A DNA stretch of 63,815 nt, filler included, from Phoronis australis (taxonomy: Eukaryota; Animalia; Phoronida): assembly GCA_002633005.1 (NCBI GenBank). It is 10 parts of 10 records of this genome, joined end to end, with 100 filler letters (N's around TTAATTAATTAA, not from the genome) between each part and the next. Parts side by side here need not be neighbours in the genome. Positions count along the whole stretch, not along the records: positions 1 to 6,131 come from NMRA01002219.1; positions 6,232 to 17,899 come from NMRA01000898.1; 8 more parts are not named here. One strand, written 5' to 3'. Every line of letters begins with the position of its first letter. Position 1 is the stretch's first letter. A model generated the notes under the pieces. It saw only the letters and a program-made list of their open reading frames with translations. It was not told the DNA's origin and did not search any database. Made by a program: the position numbers and the translations under genes. This document shows, piece after piece, positions 1-12,715 of this stretch.

Positions 1-2269
1 GTCTTATCTAATGTCTACACTTGTCTTTGCCTATTATTTATTCTAACGTAATTGTGAATTTTGATGAAGCACGCTATTAGTTTGACGCGAAATTGACTAT
101 AACTGAGTTCAAAACCAGCATTTTTCACATTAAGTAATCTGCTATTGACAAAACCCTATTCAGGGCCAGTGTAGTAATCACTTTCTAGAAATCGGAACTC
201 GAAATTATGCTTGGAATTATAACATCTAATTTTGTGCGAACTCAAGATAAGTGTCTATTTTTCTATGTTCGGGTACAACATTACTGGCGTGAATACATGC
301 AGCTGTCGAATCCCACTTTGCACTTAATGACCTTGGAATTAAAGCTAAAACTTTGAATCTAGGGGTCACCAAGTGCGAACTTAGACTTTTAAAGGCGTAA
401 CTGCTGACTATAGTTCCGTTTCATTCGCTAGGTGTTGGCGGTTTCGTGTCGCTAAGGACGTTTCCATTGCGTCTCTTTTCCCATGTGACGCTATTCTTCA
501 ATAGCATTTTGGATTTGTGACATTGTTTGTGGCTGGCCATGTATGTAGGCGTAACGCGTGAATTTTTATTCACTCATAGCCAGCGTTCATACCGACCAGA
601 CCGGACACAGCTTTTGTTGCGATTTGTGCCGCAAGTCATAGTTATAGTTTCATTATATGTCAAAACTTTAACGTTGTACTCGTAAATGACGGTCTATGGA
701 ACGTTCAAACGCGTTTTAAATGTACGTTTCGTGTTACTGTATATTAGAAGATTGACGCTTGTTTAGGTGCACACATTTGTAAACGGTTACCGTATTTGTA
801 TGTTTGAAGTTAAATCGAGCAACCAACGAAAGAATAAACGTATACCGCGTTGTCAATGTGGCGTTAGAGTTTTTTGCGAAGACATGGGGTCGGGGTTTAC
901 ATATTGCAACTGAATTCCAAATTATTTTTTGTAATTTCTGTTCTAGTTTTGTGCAAACTCAAGATAAGTGGCTATGAGTCGGTGCTCGAGTACATTATGG
1001 TTTATGCAAATGAGTTGCTAGTCCATGTTTGACCTTTGTATTCGTGATACCGAGAATTTCGGAGAACAGGCCCACCCAAGAGTATGCCCAAGGGTGTATT
1101 TTCGGTAACTGCTATACGTGTTGTGAATATCCGATACATTGTTCTGTTAGCATAGTATGAAGGGCAGTTTTAACGCACTGTATTTCCTCGAATGCTAATA
1201 AAGAGCGCACGAACAAAATTCAGAATAGTAAGATTCAACTACATACATTAAAAATACGTAATGAAAAAACGTCACAAATAATGTTTGTTTAACAACACCT
1301 GCATCGCATAATGTTTGAATACCATTTTGAAAATACGTCGTTTTGTTCCGAAAATACACCCGGGCATATATTGGGTTTAATTTGACGTTTTTGAAAGGTC
1401 GTTTTCCTAACATGGGCATATATTCGGAAATTTCCTAACGCTGTCATCAAGTAGAAATTAGGATTAGAAAAATATCCACGTAAGCCATTATGCACTCGAG
1501 CGTATAATAGATACTTATCTAATTTTCGCACAAAAGTAGAATTCGAAAACTTATAACGAATGGAAACCAGTTCCGATAATTTGTTGTAACATGTATGCAA
1601 CCTCGTGGAAGAAAAACAGTTGATGGAAGAATCGGGAAAAAAAGAAACTGGCCCATAGGTGACACAACATTTCATGGCGCCTAACGCCGACGCAAAAGAT
1701 TGCATCACAATTTAAACCTCAAAATAACGGTGGAACACCAACTTTTCCAACACGGGTAAATAATTTAGTTTTCTTAAGGAAGAGTGTAATTTTTAATGAC
1801 ACTAACTTTGTGTCAGAGTTTATTTGGTTGCCTTTTTACCCACATCGGCGCAAAGCTGTATATTTAGTATTATACAGCTTTGCGCCAAGGCTAATTTACC
1901 ATTTCAACTATTGTGAAGCTGGCCATTTTTCATTATTCAGAATTCAAAATCACCTTCACGCAGGGTCACGTTAACGAACTATAAAGTATAAAATCAAGTT
2001 ACGACGGCTATATCTCAGCCAAGACCGTGCATTGCCGACCTGATCCTACGGCCTTTGATGAAATTGATCTCAGATTGTCTCCATTACATTCCATCGAGCA
2101 AATAAAACATTTCTTATTTTTTTTGTTATTGGAAATTGGTACTCAGGACCCACAATTATTGGGTTGTCTTCTATGGCGCCGGGGTTAGTTTCAATGACGT
2201 ACATGTCACATCTTAAGACATATCCTTAACAAAATTAATTGTTGGTAATGCCGCAACAGAAAGTCTTAC

Positions 2270-2491
2270 CATGTATTCCATGTTAGCTACGCCTTCACTG
2301 CGAACCTCTTGTCTCCTGTAGTAATTATGCTTGTCAAGTAGCTCCTTTTTCATTTGGGCTGTCATGATATCCATCACTGCTCGCTTACTGCGATTTCCAG
2401 TGCTTGTATGAATGCTGGTCGCCGCAACAAACTGACAAATGATTAACGTGAGTGATGAGACGCAGCAGAGAGAGTCGGTCTTCCTTAACAT
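2270..2491 (-). CDS. First coding exon of a secreted CAP/SCP-superfamily (GLIPR1/PI16/CRISP-like) protein; remaining exons probably left of the window
   Basis: MLRKTDSLCCVSSLTLIICQFVAATS (signal-like), then RSKR (furin-like site), then KKELLDKHNYYRRQEV..VANMEYM, matching the CAP N-terminal LxxHNxxR...AxNMxxM motif. The exon ends at a phase-0 ATG|GTAAG donor at 2270/2269. Confidence 0.8.
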
Positions 2492-3000
2492 GTTTTCTAC
2501 AACAGTTTACTGCGGTGTTGTTGGTAAACCAACCCTGTTTAAGCGACCAGCATTCACGTGCACTGAAAAAGGAGACTTAAGTCATGCGTATCGCATTCGA
2601 GTTGCACATATCGAAATTACGATCGCGTGAGAACATTTATCTGCCGAAATGTTAAGGCGAATATAACTGCTCGCAAATCAAGCCCTTCAAAACACATGTT
2701 AAGTTTGAAAAACGTTTGCTTCCTAAAAACCGCATCATCTTTATTTTAACCGAAGTCTGGGGACTGAAACCATGCAAGCTGCATTGATGATTAATTTTCT
2801 TTCCTCCAATATTACCACTTACCACTGGTTTCACTGCACGCCGCATTCAAAAGATCAACCGGTGAATTTTAAAAATTTTAAGCATACTAAAACTCTTGGT
2901 CATTTTTAATTGGTTCCAGGGCAATATATCTTCAACCTGCAACGAATTATATTATACGGAGGTTTTAAAAGGACCGCATGGCAACTTTTTTTCTCCGTTG

Positions 3001-3220
3001 CTTACTCTATCGATAGACTTACTAACTCTATCGATAGATTTACTATAATCTCGATCGATAGACTTACTAACTTTATCGATAAACTTATTAACTCTATCGA
3101 TACTTATTATCTAGAGTAAATAACTCTATCAATGGACGTACTATCTCCCACTATAGACCTACTAACTCTATCGATGGATTTGACCAACTTTATCGATAGA
3201 CTTAGTAACTCTACCGCTAG
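3001..3220. repeat. Degenerate ~21-bp minisatellite (CTCTATCGATAGACTTACTAA)
   Basis: Roughly ten imperfect units read directly; most contain ATCGAT, several the full palindrome TATCGATA. Confidence 0.85.
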
Positions 3221-3360
3221 AGTTACGTTATCGAGGATGCTACCTCGTTTTCAAATTAAAATGAAAGACCGAAACAAGCACATTGTCGATTTATTCAAGC
3301 TCAGACTGACTCAAGGTGAAATAATAAAGGTACCCATGTATCGTTTTGGAGGGTCACTTA

Positions 3361-3516
3361 CAGTGCTGTAGTGGGGCGTAGGCTCACGTAGGCGCAGCCA
3401 ACAACCTTTTGGCATTTGAACGTAGCGCCTACGCACCTTAAGTTACGTTCAGTGCTCAAGGTGATGCGGTGGGCTCTGGGCGCCTACTTACCTTTAATTT
3501 TACCACTACAGCACTG
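3361..3516. mobile_element. 156-bp MITE with 8-bp TSD (hAT-like)
   Basis: TIRs CAGTGCTGTAGTGG / CCACTACAGCACTG. GTCACTTA is present at both 3353-3360 and 3517-3524. Confidence 0.9.
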
Positions 3517-5482
3517 GTCACTTAGCACACAGCAATTGCGATGTGTTTTTGGCGACTTATGGACTTAGTCGCCGTTAAACTATGCCTGTATCACAAGTGC
3601 ACAACAAATGATTTAACTGTACTGCTAGAGACAACTTAGCAGATAACTGTCATTCATCCCTCTGGAGTTAAAGCCAGATGTTGTAAACGGCTAGTTCAGA
3701 TGTGGTATAGATTTCACTCTTTCACGTATTCCAAGGTCTTGGAATCTTTAATGGCGGCAATCTTGCTAGAGAACGTATTAGATTCTCTTTCATGAATATC
3801 ATACAAGTAAGTACATGTACATGCACATTTGAGTTTTTTCTGGCTGTTATTGTATGTATCTGCTTACTTTTGATGACAAAGTTAGTTTAAAACAGTTTGG
3901 CGAGGTTTCTTGTGAGGGCCTTTCAATTACAGTAACAATACAGATCAGCTCGCTCACTGAAACATCTTAAGATTTCTTGATTAGCTTCGAATTACTGGAC
4001 AAAAGCCGTAGGACTAGAGTATACGATTGGTGTCGATTTTAAACCTGCAATTCCGTAAGTTTTATGGTCGTTTGCAAAATATATCTATTTGTAACTTTTT
4101 TCCGAGAAGAATGATAATGGCTGCCGTACAGTTTTTCCTTGGAATCTCACATTTACGCTACTTTGTAACCGATGGGGTGAGAAGCCAACGATTCCTTCTA
4201 AATTGAAGCTATTGCGGGCATGATTTTAAGTGAGATTGTCGTGTGACAAACTGTGTTGAATTCTGTCACGGGTGGAATACACCCAAGATCCGGCGATACA
4301 GGAATATGTACTTTAGTCATATTAGGCCATTTCTGATGTACCTTCTTCCTGAAACATTTGGGGCGAGATTGTCCTTGTGGTGTAGACGAACAAAAGTTTT
4401 AGCCTGCCAAAAGAAGTGTATCTTTAAGTCCGACAGTCCCTGCGATGAAGACTACTATGAGTTGTGTACTATGTCGATGGCAGAACACAAATTAGAAACG
4501 CCAAATGACGTTACAAAGGCAGCAGTCTTTTACATCCAGCTTAGATACATCGTTGCAGCTGCACTGTATACTGTATTCAGTTCTTGCGCTACTATGACAG
4601 CATGCCATGCATGGTCGCATTTAGGCGCATGGACCTATATTCGACCACAAACTTCCAAAAAGTGAGCCTAACAAAACGTCAAATCCGTGTTTGGACTCTT
4701 CTCGTATGACGATTTCCTAACAGCGGAGCATCTTAATTTAATCTTAATGTGTCTATTGTCATGCATTGTGTTTTATCCCATTCTCCCTTGACGTCTTATA
4801 ATAAACGATTGCTCATGACGAATTCAAACAGTTAGTTCCGATGCTACACCGTGGGATAACTCCCCAAAACTCCAGGAGCAATCACTAAAATGTTGTAGTC
4901 CATGGAGGTATGAAATGTTATAAGGAACGGTAATTTGCCTTATTAAGAACTCAAACATGATGGCTTTTGAAGGGAGCTTCAAGAGAATGAAAGCGAACTC
5001 ACTTTAATATTGATTAAAACGCGCATTTTCATTCTCGTTTGTTTATAAGTGGATGTTAATTTACGTATTTTACTCCATCACATTTTCAATCACACAGTAA
5101 TTTTATTGCACGTCGAATGTCATTTAAGCATGAATTTATCAGTTTACATGGTTCGGACTGCGCCGCTAAATTAGTGTTGCTTATTCGCCGCTTGGGGCGT
5201 CAGATTTTCGACCGATAACCGTTGTGGCGAATGGCAAGAAGGCGGAATGAACCTCAACAATACAGCTTAATGTCTTGAAAACGGTAACTACAATCAGGCC
5301 ATGCTTCTTTGGAAGTACACAAAGAACACAATTTCTATATGTTACTTCGTCAGGCCTACAAAATGTGATAATCCCCACCACTTCAGCCATTATCAGATTT
5401 TAAGTTCTGACAATAAATGTTCATATCGTCGAAACTACGAGAACAAATAGACAAACGAAACTGAAATACTACAGTACCAATG

Positions 5483-5937
5483 TTACATGAATAAGAAGAA
5501 TACACATCCGATTTGCGTTAACGAGATAAGACCTGAAGTTGCACGCCATCTAACAGCGGCCGAGACTGTTATTAGTCCAACTCTTGTTGTTTTGACAGTG
5601 CCTCCGTTGTACAGCAAGGTAGCGGTTGTGGGTGCAGTGGTGGTCAACTGTGTTGTGTTGCCAGCGGTGTTTTTAGAGGATGTAACGGTGGTCAGTTGTT
5701 CCGCCTGGCTTGAAACGGTAGCTGATGTTTCCAACTCTGTTGTCTTACCAGCGGTGTTCTTATAGGATGCAACAGTGGTCAGTTGTTTCGCCTGGCTTGA
5801 AGTCGCAACTGATGCAGTAGTGGACTGTTGTGACCCCCCGCTGCTAAGAACTGACGATTGAGCGACTGAGGTAGAACCTGTTTTAAGGCTTGTTTCAAGT
5901 CCTGCGGTTGTAGGGAAGCAAGTGCCATCTGGAGCCT
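5483..5937 (-). CDS. Terminal exon of a cell-surface protein: Thr/Ser-rich mucin-like stalk with hydrophobic C-terminus (probable GPI-anchor signal)
   Basis: Acceptor TTCTGTTTAG, phase 1. Open frame APDGTCFPTTAGLETS...TTTAPTTATLLYNGG...GLISLTQIGCVFFLFM*. Contains an internal 87-bp (29-aa) duplication. Confidence 0.7.
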
Positions 5938-6131
5938 CTAAACAGAATTACAATGAAACATTTACCACGGCGCCCTGTAGTTAGCTCTTGTATTAACATA
6001 CCCACTATTACAAACTAAATGTAAGTCCCTTCAAACAAATCCGTTTTACAATAACGACTGCATCCAGCAGGTGCCATGATTGTAATAGCATGGAAATTAT
6101 ACATCCCACAATCGTATGAGCTTGGAAATTG

Positions 6132-6231
6132 NNNNNNNNNNNNNNNNNNNNNNNNNNNNNNNNNNNNNNNNNNNNTTAATTAATTAANNNNNNNNNNNNN
6201 NNNNNNNNNNNNNNNNNNNNNNNNNNNNNNN
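6132..6231. other. Artificial gap linker; also at 17900-17999, 21841-21940, 23224-23323, 25880-25979, 33557-33656, 37472-37571, 44816-44915 and 62628-62727
   Basis: Identical N44-TTAATTAATTAA-N44 blocks, which place stop codons in all six frames. Confidence 0.98.
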
Positions 6232-7760
6232 TTATGTACACGTTGAAGCCTGGAGAATACAGACTTGATCAGGGCTTGGGATTTCCGTCTTTTAAGAGGA
6301 ATTCCTTTTTTGGTGTCGATTTTCTCTGCTTGGATTTCCAGTTTCCTCTTTTTATGATTTTTTCGACTTCATTAAATGTTTAGTTCAGGTAAATTTTACA
6401 TCCAAAAATGTCTATCACCCAAGCCTATTTTTTGTGTATCATACATCAGCTGGAAATTTCTCCGCTGTTTTTGTTATTGCTCATTCCAAGCTCTGCTTAT
6501 TTTTCGTGAAGTAACTAGAATGGATTTCATAACATACCAGTTTATTGTACTGGATTCTTCTTGGGTTTATCAACTGTAAACTAACACTAATAGGAGCATA
6601 ATAGGATAATAGCCACCTGTCTTAAGTTCGCACAAAAGTATAGTACAAAATTCCAAACGTAATTTCGAGTTCCAATTCCTGTAAAAAGATCAATGACAGG
6701 GCCCAGGTATCAATTCCGGTATTTTTGGCACTTAATCGTGTTTGGAAATTTGTTTGAAAAGCTGTTTTTTTCTGCTGAACAGCTTATGACCTTACTGGAT
6801 TTAAGGGTCCCACTAGAGCATTTATTAGTGAGCCCTCCACTCATTTCCAATGTTCTATGTATATCAAATGCTTTGAGATGCCAGCAGGGTAGTATTCTGC
6901 ATGCAGCTTTGTTGACCATTGTGGTCAGTGAGAATGTCCCACTCACATGTGTATGAATGCATGGTATGTGCACCTCATTCATGTACCACACCAGTATTGC
7001 CTGTGTGGTTTTGGAAATGTGAAAGCTGCTTGTGTTGTATGGGCATTGTTGAGCTTGAAATGCTAGTTTTACTTCTATAAAACTAGGGATGTATTTATTG
7101 CGACATGTGTCCGTTATTGTTGTTACTAGTTTATTGCTTAACCAGTGTATNATTGTGGTCAGTGAGAATGTCCTACTCACATGTGTATGAATGCATAGTA
7201 TGTGCACCTCATTCATGTACCACACCAATATTGCCTGTGTGGTTTTGGAAATGTGTCAGCTGCTTGTGTTGTATGGGCATTGTTGAGCTTGAAGTGCTAG
7301 TTTTACTCCTAAAAAACTAGGGATGTATTTATTGCGACATGTGTCCGTTATTGTTGTTACTAGTTTATTGCTTAACCAATGTATCTATTTTGAATATTCT
7401 TCAAGCCTTGGATGACTGATCTTTTCAGTTTAGGATAGTTATTGTTTGCATCCCATGAAGTGAATTACATACTGTCTTTTTTAGTATTTTTATTCAATGA
7501 CTCCTGGTGTGGTTTTGAAAATGGTTGTTTTTTAGGATGAAATGCAGATTTTTTACTAAGTTTTGCAATGACCCTGTCATTTCCACATGGTTATCTTGAA
7601 AAGCAAATTCTTGTATACATATTATTGTCATCTTGTGAGGTGTGCAATTTATTGTGGTTTTCAGTGACTGGTTCCACCAGGGATAGCAGTGTTGTGCACC
7701 TACCGGTACTTTGCTCAAACCCATGTTTCATATTATTATATTGATAACTTTTCCTCGTGA
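6232..7760 (-). mobile_element. Decayed non-LTR retrotransposon relic (AP-endonuclease region), interrupted by a MITE fragment at ~6590-6708
   Basis: IICIQE (EEP endonuclease motif) in ORF 7494-7724; ILTDH (SDH-like) near 6920; IPSPDQ (KxPGPDG-like) near 6270. All frames are broken. Confidence 0.45.
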
Positions 7761-8272
7761 AGGTAGTGATCTCAGCAGTTATATCACTTATGGTGTTTTG
7801 TCAAGTAGTAGAACCTTGTACTGCTATGACACAAATTTTGAAGGTTCCTATGTTGTAGTTAAGTCCCACTTTAAATATTTTGCTCACCATGTGAGTTATT
7901 GTTTACATGGAGGGATTCAAACTTATGGATGATCTCATCAGGGATTGCATGTAACACTATTTGGGTGTGTATATTTGTTACATGTTCATTGTATAACGTG
8001 TATTGTTTATATTGCAGAGTTTATAATTGTTAGTTTAAAAGATTTCGGTAGGTTATCTCAACAGTGCTTAGTGCATGTTTTGCTCATCCTGTGAAGTGTA
8101 ATATTTATACTGAAGAGTTTATCATCGCTAGTGCCTGTCTCCCTTATTGCTTTTCCCATAGTATGAACAACTAGTCATGTTAACGTTTGAAATTCTCATG
8201 TACAATATATATTACACTATTCCGAAATCTTACACTTATTTTCATTGCGCAAGCACTAATCTGAAGAGTGGC

Positions 8273-8472
8273 CTACTAGTTATGTGGAATGCGAACAATG
8301 CATTGTTAAAGCGAGGTGATCGTATGCCGCTGGGTTTTTGTTTTCTTACTCTTTGTGAACGCAGTGCCTGTACTACTAGTTATGTGGAATGCGCACAATG
8401 CATTGTTAAAGCGAGGTGATCGTATGCCGCTGGGTTTTTGTTTTCTTATTCTTTGTGAACGCAGTGCCTGTA
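8273..8472. repeat. Tandem duplication, 2 x 100 bp
   Basis: CTACTAGTTATGTGGAATGCG...GCAGTGCCTGTA starts at 8273 and at 8373, with about 2 mismatches. Confidence 0.9.
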
Positions 8473-9196
8473 ACTCGCATTTATTCCTAAGTTTATGCAA
8501 TCATTTTAAATTACAAAACATGAAACCCTGGGAACCGGTGGGGCAGTTAAACTTTGGCATCGACAATATCTGCGTGTCATTTGAAGTAGTAGCCCGTAGT
8601 AGGGGGCCACGACCAAAAATATGGGTACACATCACATGTTTAACCACAAACAACAAGTGAAAAAGTTACTTTTTCAGGTAAGCGACGCGTTGCGCGCTTT
8701 GGTTGTTTTTGTCCGTTTTAGGTGGCAAGTGGCGCTTTTTTCTTTGACGATTTCGCTGAGGTACGTTTCAGAAAATCGTACTGTAGGCCTAAGTCATTTT
8801 TTCTGTGCCAGTTAATTTAGGTACACAGCAACTGAAAAAATGGATAAATCACGTCATTTTAAATCTCCATATCGCTCCGTTATGGCCACTTCGACTTGGA
8901 TGGATTTTAGCTCTTTCAAACACTCCACCATGCTCTATTTTTTTGAAGTTCGTTAACGAAAACGCGTACGAAGATGTAAGGTTCGTGCCCTCCCCCTCGA
9001 GTTTTAGTTGGCAATTTTGACATAAAGATGATGGTGATATTTATGCGTTCCTTGACGAGAATTCCAGCAAGTCAAGTTTTGCCTAATTTAGCTTTTCATT
9101 CATTTTTATACCGTGTATGGTCGCTGGCAAAATAAGATACCATCAAGATTTTAGTCTAGATGTTTCCTAACTCGGTTTTTGGCCATAACACTAGTT

Positions 9197-9481
9197 ATAG
9201 GAATTTGATTATGAGCGCGCAAGAGAAGACGGAACATATTTGCGACGTTTCGTTTACTCAAGGTTAATGAGCCTAAACGTCAGAAAATATTTGTTTTCTC
9301 TTTCTCGCTTATAATGATTTTCAAGGGTTTCCGTTATTAATAGGAATCTGATTATGAGCGCGCAAGAGAAGACGGAACATATTTGCGACGTTTCGTTTAC
9401 TCAAAGTTAATGAGCTTAAACGTCAGAAAATATTTGTTTTCTCTTTCTCGCTTATAATGATTTTCAAGGGTTTCCGCTATT
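9197..9481. repeat. Tandem duplication, 2 x 143 bp
   Basis: ATAGGAAT(T/C)TGATTATGAGCGCGCAAGAG... starts at 9197 and at 9340, with few mismatches. Confidence 0.9.
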
Positions 9482-9793
9482 CAATTTCGGAAAGGTCGTC
9501 GCTTTCTCGCAAAACTACCGATTGGATGATCAATTACGCACTTAAATGCTCTCCGTTTTAACGTTGATCATCGTCAATACACCTCCAAAAATTGCACATC
9601 GTCTTTGCGCAAACTACATTGAGATTTAAGTCTCCCGAAAAAAGTTGACGATTGGATAGTGTTTAAAAGTCTAATTCTAAATTTCTCCTGTTAGTGCACA
9701 AATGAAGTAAAAGAAAATAGTTCTGCTTGTCGCGTCAGTTGTTGGTATCATTATCTCGATTTATGACCCACAACGCGTGACTGGACAAAGCCT

Positions 9794-10012
9794 TTTCAAA
9801 TTAGCCGGTGGAGCGTGAGACCCCTGAGGTCCCAATCGAGTCCTCACGACAACTTCGCGTTATGGTAATGTTTGTTACAGGCTCATGAGCTTACCAAGCC
9901 TCAAAATATAGGAGGGCTCGAATTTTTGACAATGTGGACCATTTCAAATTAGCCGGTGGAGCGTGAGACCCCTGAGGTCCCAATCGAGTCCTCACGACAA
10001 CTTCGCGTTATG
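9794..10012. repeat. Identical 71-bp direct repeats (9794-9864, 9942-10012) around a truncated MITE end
   Basis: TTTCAAATTAGCCGGTGGAG...TTCGCGTTATG occurs twice. The spacer resembles the left end of the element at 24903. Confidence 0.85.
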
Positions 10013-11838
10013 TGCAATCTATGATAGATTGCACCGGCAATGACTGGCCAAACCAATTTACACCACCTCTGCGCCTCTCTCAGGTTGGATATCGCCGGAA
10101 TCTTCCACAAATTTCCAGGTCGCACAATTATCTGGTCCAAATAGTACCAAGAATAAACGTGGCGTCACGGCAGCATTGCGACCATGAACAAAGCGTTTGT
10201 TAGTCTCAATTTACAGGCGTACAGGACCACACTCTCCTGGTATTACTCCTCATGCCGGGTCACTATTTCGTCTGGGTGGAGTCCACCCCTCTCCCACAGC
10301 CAACGACATCTTCCTTACTGGTAGGCTATAGAAGATGCCTTACCGCAGTTCATCACTGGCGGTCCTCAGGTGTACCGTCAATAGTTTGTCGATATCATCC
10401 TAAATATATGACCAGCATATTCACCTACTTACTTGCCATGTTCCGCCTGCCCCTCTTACCCGCTCCCTCCTTTCCTTCCACCAGTCTGGGTCACGCCTCC
10501 CCCCCCCCTTACCCGCTCCCTTTTCTCCTTCCACCAGTCTGGGTCACGGTCTCCCATTTGGGTTGTGGCGGTGGACATGACCGTTCGTCGACGAAAAACC
10601 CTGTCCATGTGGCAATAAGCGTGCCACAGTACCGCCTTGTTCACACCTTGCTGGACTATGTACCCACATAGCGACAGCACTGCTCACCCAGGCTGTATGC
10701 ACTCTCCGGTGGGTCTGCTCACTCAGCCTAGCCAAAACCTGCATACTCAGCATTGCTATCGCCCAGTTGGCGGTTATGGGTACCCCGTCTGGTACTGTAT
10801 ATTTTGTTTTAGCCCATTTGGCAGTTTGCGTACCCATCTGGTACTTGGTTAAATATGACATTTTGCTCGACCCCATTTGGTAAGCAATCGGCCAATACAC
10901 ATCAGGTATCGCGTACTTATCTGGTACACACTAGCAACCTACCTATTCGTTTCGTTGTACCGATCTGGTGCCTAAACGTGCTACTGCTGTTTCGTGGTAC
11001 CAAAACGGTACGTACCACCACTTCTGTATAGAGCTGTGACACAGAAATTGTCAACACACCTCAAATAAACTTCATGAAAACTACTCTCGTGCTGTGTTAC
11101 CTGTACCTAACAAACATAATTTCATGAACAAAAGCTTTAAGGTTTTAAAAGATCGTGTAAAACAGACAATGCAGTAGTATCGTCCAACCCTGATATGCCG
11201 AGCCTTACAAGATGCGGGCTTTCAAATCTTACTCATGTTTTCTTTATCTATCCAAACGTTGAAACCACGACTCTCCAGTTCCTGTTTGATCCACTCTACC
11301 ATTTTCGAATTGCCCCAATTATAACTGATCATGACGTGCTCACTTTTGTTTCCAACAGCTGTAAGAGAAGATTTGCATCATGTGTACATAGAACGCGCCA
11401 TCAAGGTCACCCTAAAAACTACATTACTGTTTTGCCTCGACTTTCGTAATGTGGTAAGCGCAATTTACACTGTCAAAAAACGCTAAACATTCATAAATTT
11501 CGAGCAACACAGCTAAGTAGCGTTGAGTTTTGATACTATGAAAAATCAACCTGGGGTCATATTTCAACGTTAGTGTATGGTATTTTTTCACGGACGAGGC
11601 ACTAACTGCAAACAACGACCGAAAATGTCATGAAGCTCTTATTAATTCGAAATGGTCTTAACTGGATATGTTATGCATCTATTTTTGATGAAATTGAATG
11701 CTCAATACACGCGACTGATCAGACTCATTATGTCCATTTGACCCATTCTCTCCAATTTGACCAACTGTCCATTTTGATTCATTATGTCTATTTTTTATTG
11801 GGAACATTTTCATCTCTTTTATCAATTTTCAATCCTTA

Positions 11839-12246
11839 CCTGGGCCCAGTCTCTAATCTTTGTACTCGAAACGAACTCGAAACTATTTTTGGCAATTTCT
11901 CTGCTCCTTTTGTGCGAACTTAAGATAATTGGTTATCAGACTGTGCTCGAATACATTATAGTTTATGCATAGGAGTTTCTAGTTCAAGTTTGCTCTTGAA
12001 GACCCTTATATTCGTGCTACAAACTCGAGTAAAAACTCGAACTTTCGAGTTCAAACTCGAACTTATTGCTTTAATATTGGATTTACAAACTGTGAACTAA
12101 GGGCAATAAATTATCTACGTAAGTTATTGTGTACTCGAGCATAGAATAATAGACACTTATCTTGATTTCGCCCAAAAGTAGAGTAGAAAATGCCAAACCT
12201 AATTTCGAGTTCCATTTCGAGTAAAAAGATTGGAGACCGGGCCCTG
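11839..12246. mobile_element. Long-TIR palindromic MITE; partial copies at ~161-290, ~905-1050, ~1490-1580 and ~6590-6708
   Basis: Left end CTGGGCCCAGTCTCTAATCTTTGTACTCGAAA matches the reverse complement of right end TTTCGAGTAAAAAGATTGGAGACCGGGCCCTG. The core TTTTGTGCGAACT(C/T)AAGATAA recurs in the other copies. Confidence 0.75.
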
Positions 12247-12359
12247 ATGTGACCACACACCACACTGCATGTATGCGTTCATATTATTGCTTTGCAGTGA
12301 AAGTTCCTTTTTTGCTAAATCTTACTAAAAGACATGATCACGTGACCCGATCAATGACA

Positions 12360-12715
12360 GTTGAGAAGCTAAACTTTTGATTTTTTAGAAACAGGCAGCA
12401 AGAACAACTTTTAGAAGATCAAATTAATAAATTAACAACAGAATTCGAAGAGGACTCCAACAATCACGCGTTACATTGTTAAACAAATAAAGTCAAGCTA
12501 AATATAGAAGTTTTGTAAACACAAATGATAAAAGGTATGCAGTTAAGAAGTAAAGCCTTATGGATGGAAGAAGGTGAAACAAAGTCTAAATATTTTTTGA
12601 TCATGAAAAACGTAACCAATTCAAAACATATACCAGAACTGGCGTCAAGTGGATGAGTGATCAAAGATCCGATGAAGACACGAAACGCTGAATTAGCCTT
12701 TTACTCCGAAAAAGA
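12360..12715 (+). mobile_element. L1/Tx1-clade LINE ORF2 relic (endonuclease-RT linker)
   Basis: 12525-12710 reads MIKGMQLRSKALWMEEGETKSKYFLIMK...IPELASSG*VIKDPMKTRNAELAFY, matching the L1/Tx1 motif GxxxRSxxxWxEEGExxxKYF. One in-frame stop. Confidence 0.8.

Noticed and set aside
6030-6131. Minus-strand QFPSSYDCGMY resembling a Ulp1 protease QxxxxDCG motif
   Set aside because: Too short, abuts a gap, and the other catalytic residues are not visible.
6176-6187. Recurrent TTAATTAATTAA motif
   Set aside because: Synthetic linker centred in every 100-nt gap.
6918-7384. 234-bp-period tandem duplication; likewise 42852-42992 (70 bp) and 26808-26836 (14 bp)
   Set aside because: Each has a single N exactly at the junction, which points to overlapping contig ends or uncollapsed alleles rather than real duplications.
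10250-11030. Overlapping GC-rich ORFs and a TGGTAC/GTACCA motif array
   Set aside because: No protein family is recognisable. Probably a transposon subterminal region, but ends and TSD could not be defined.
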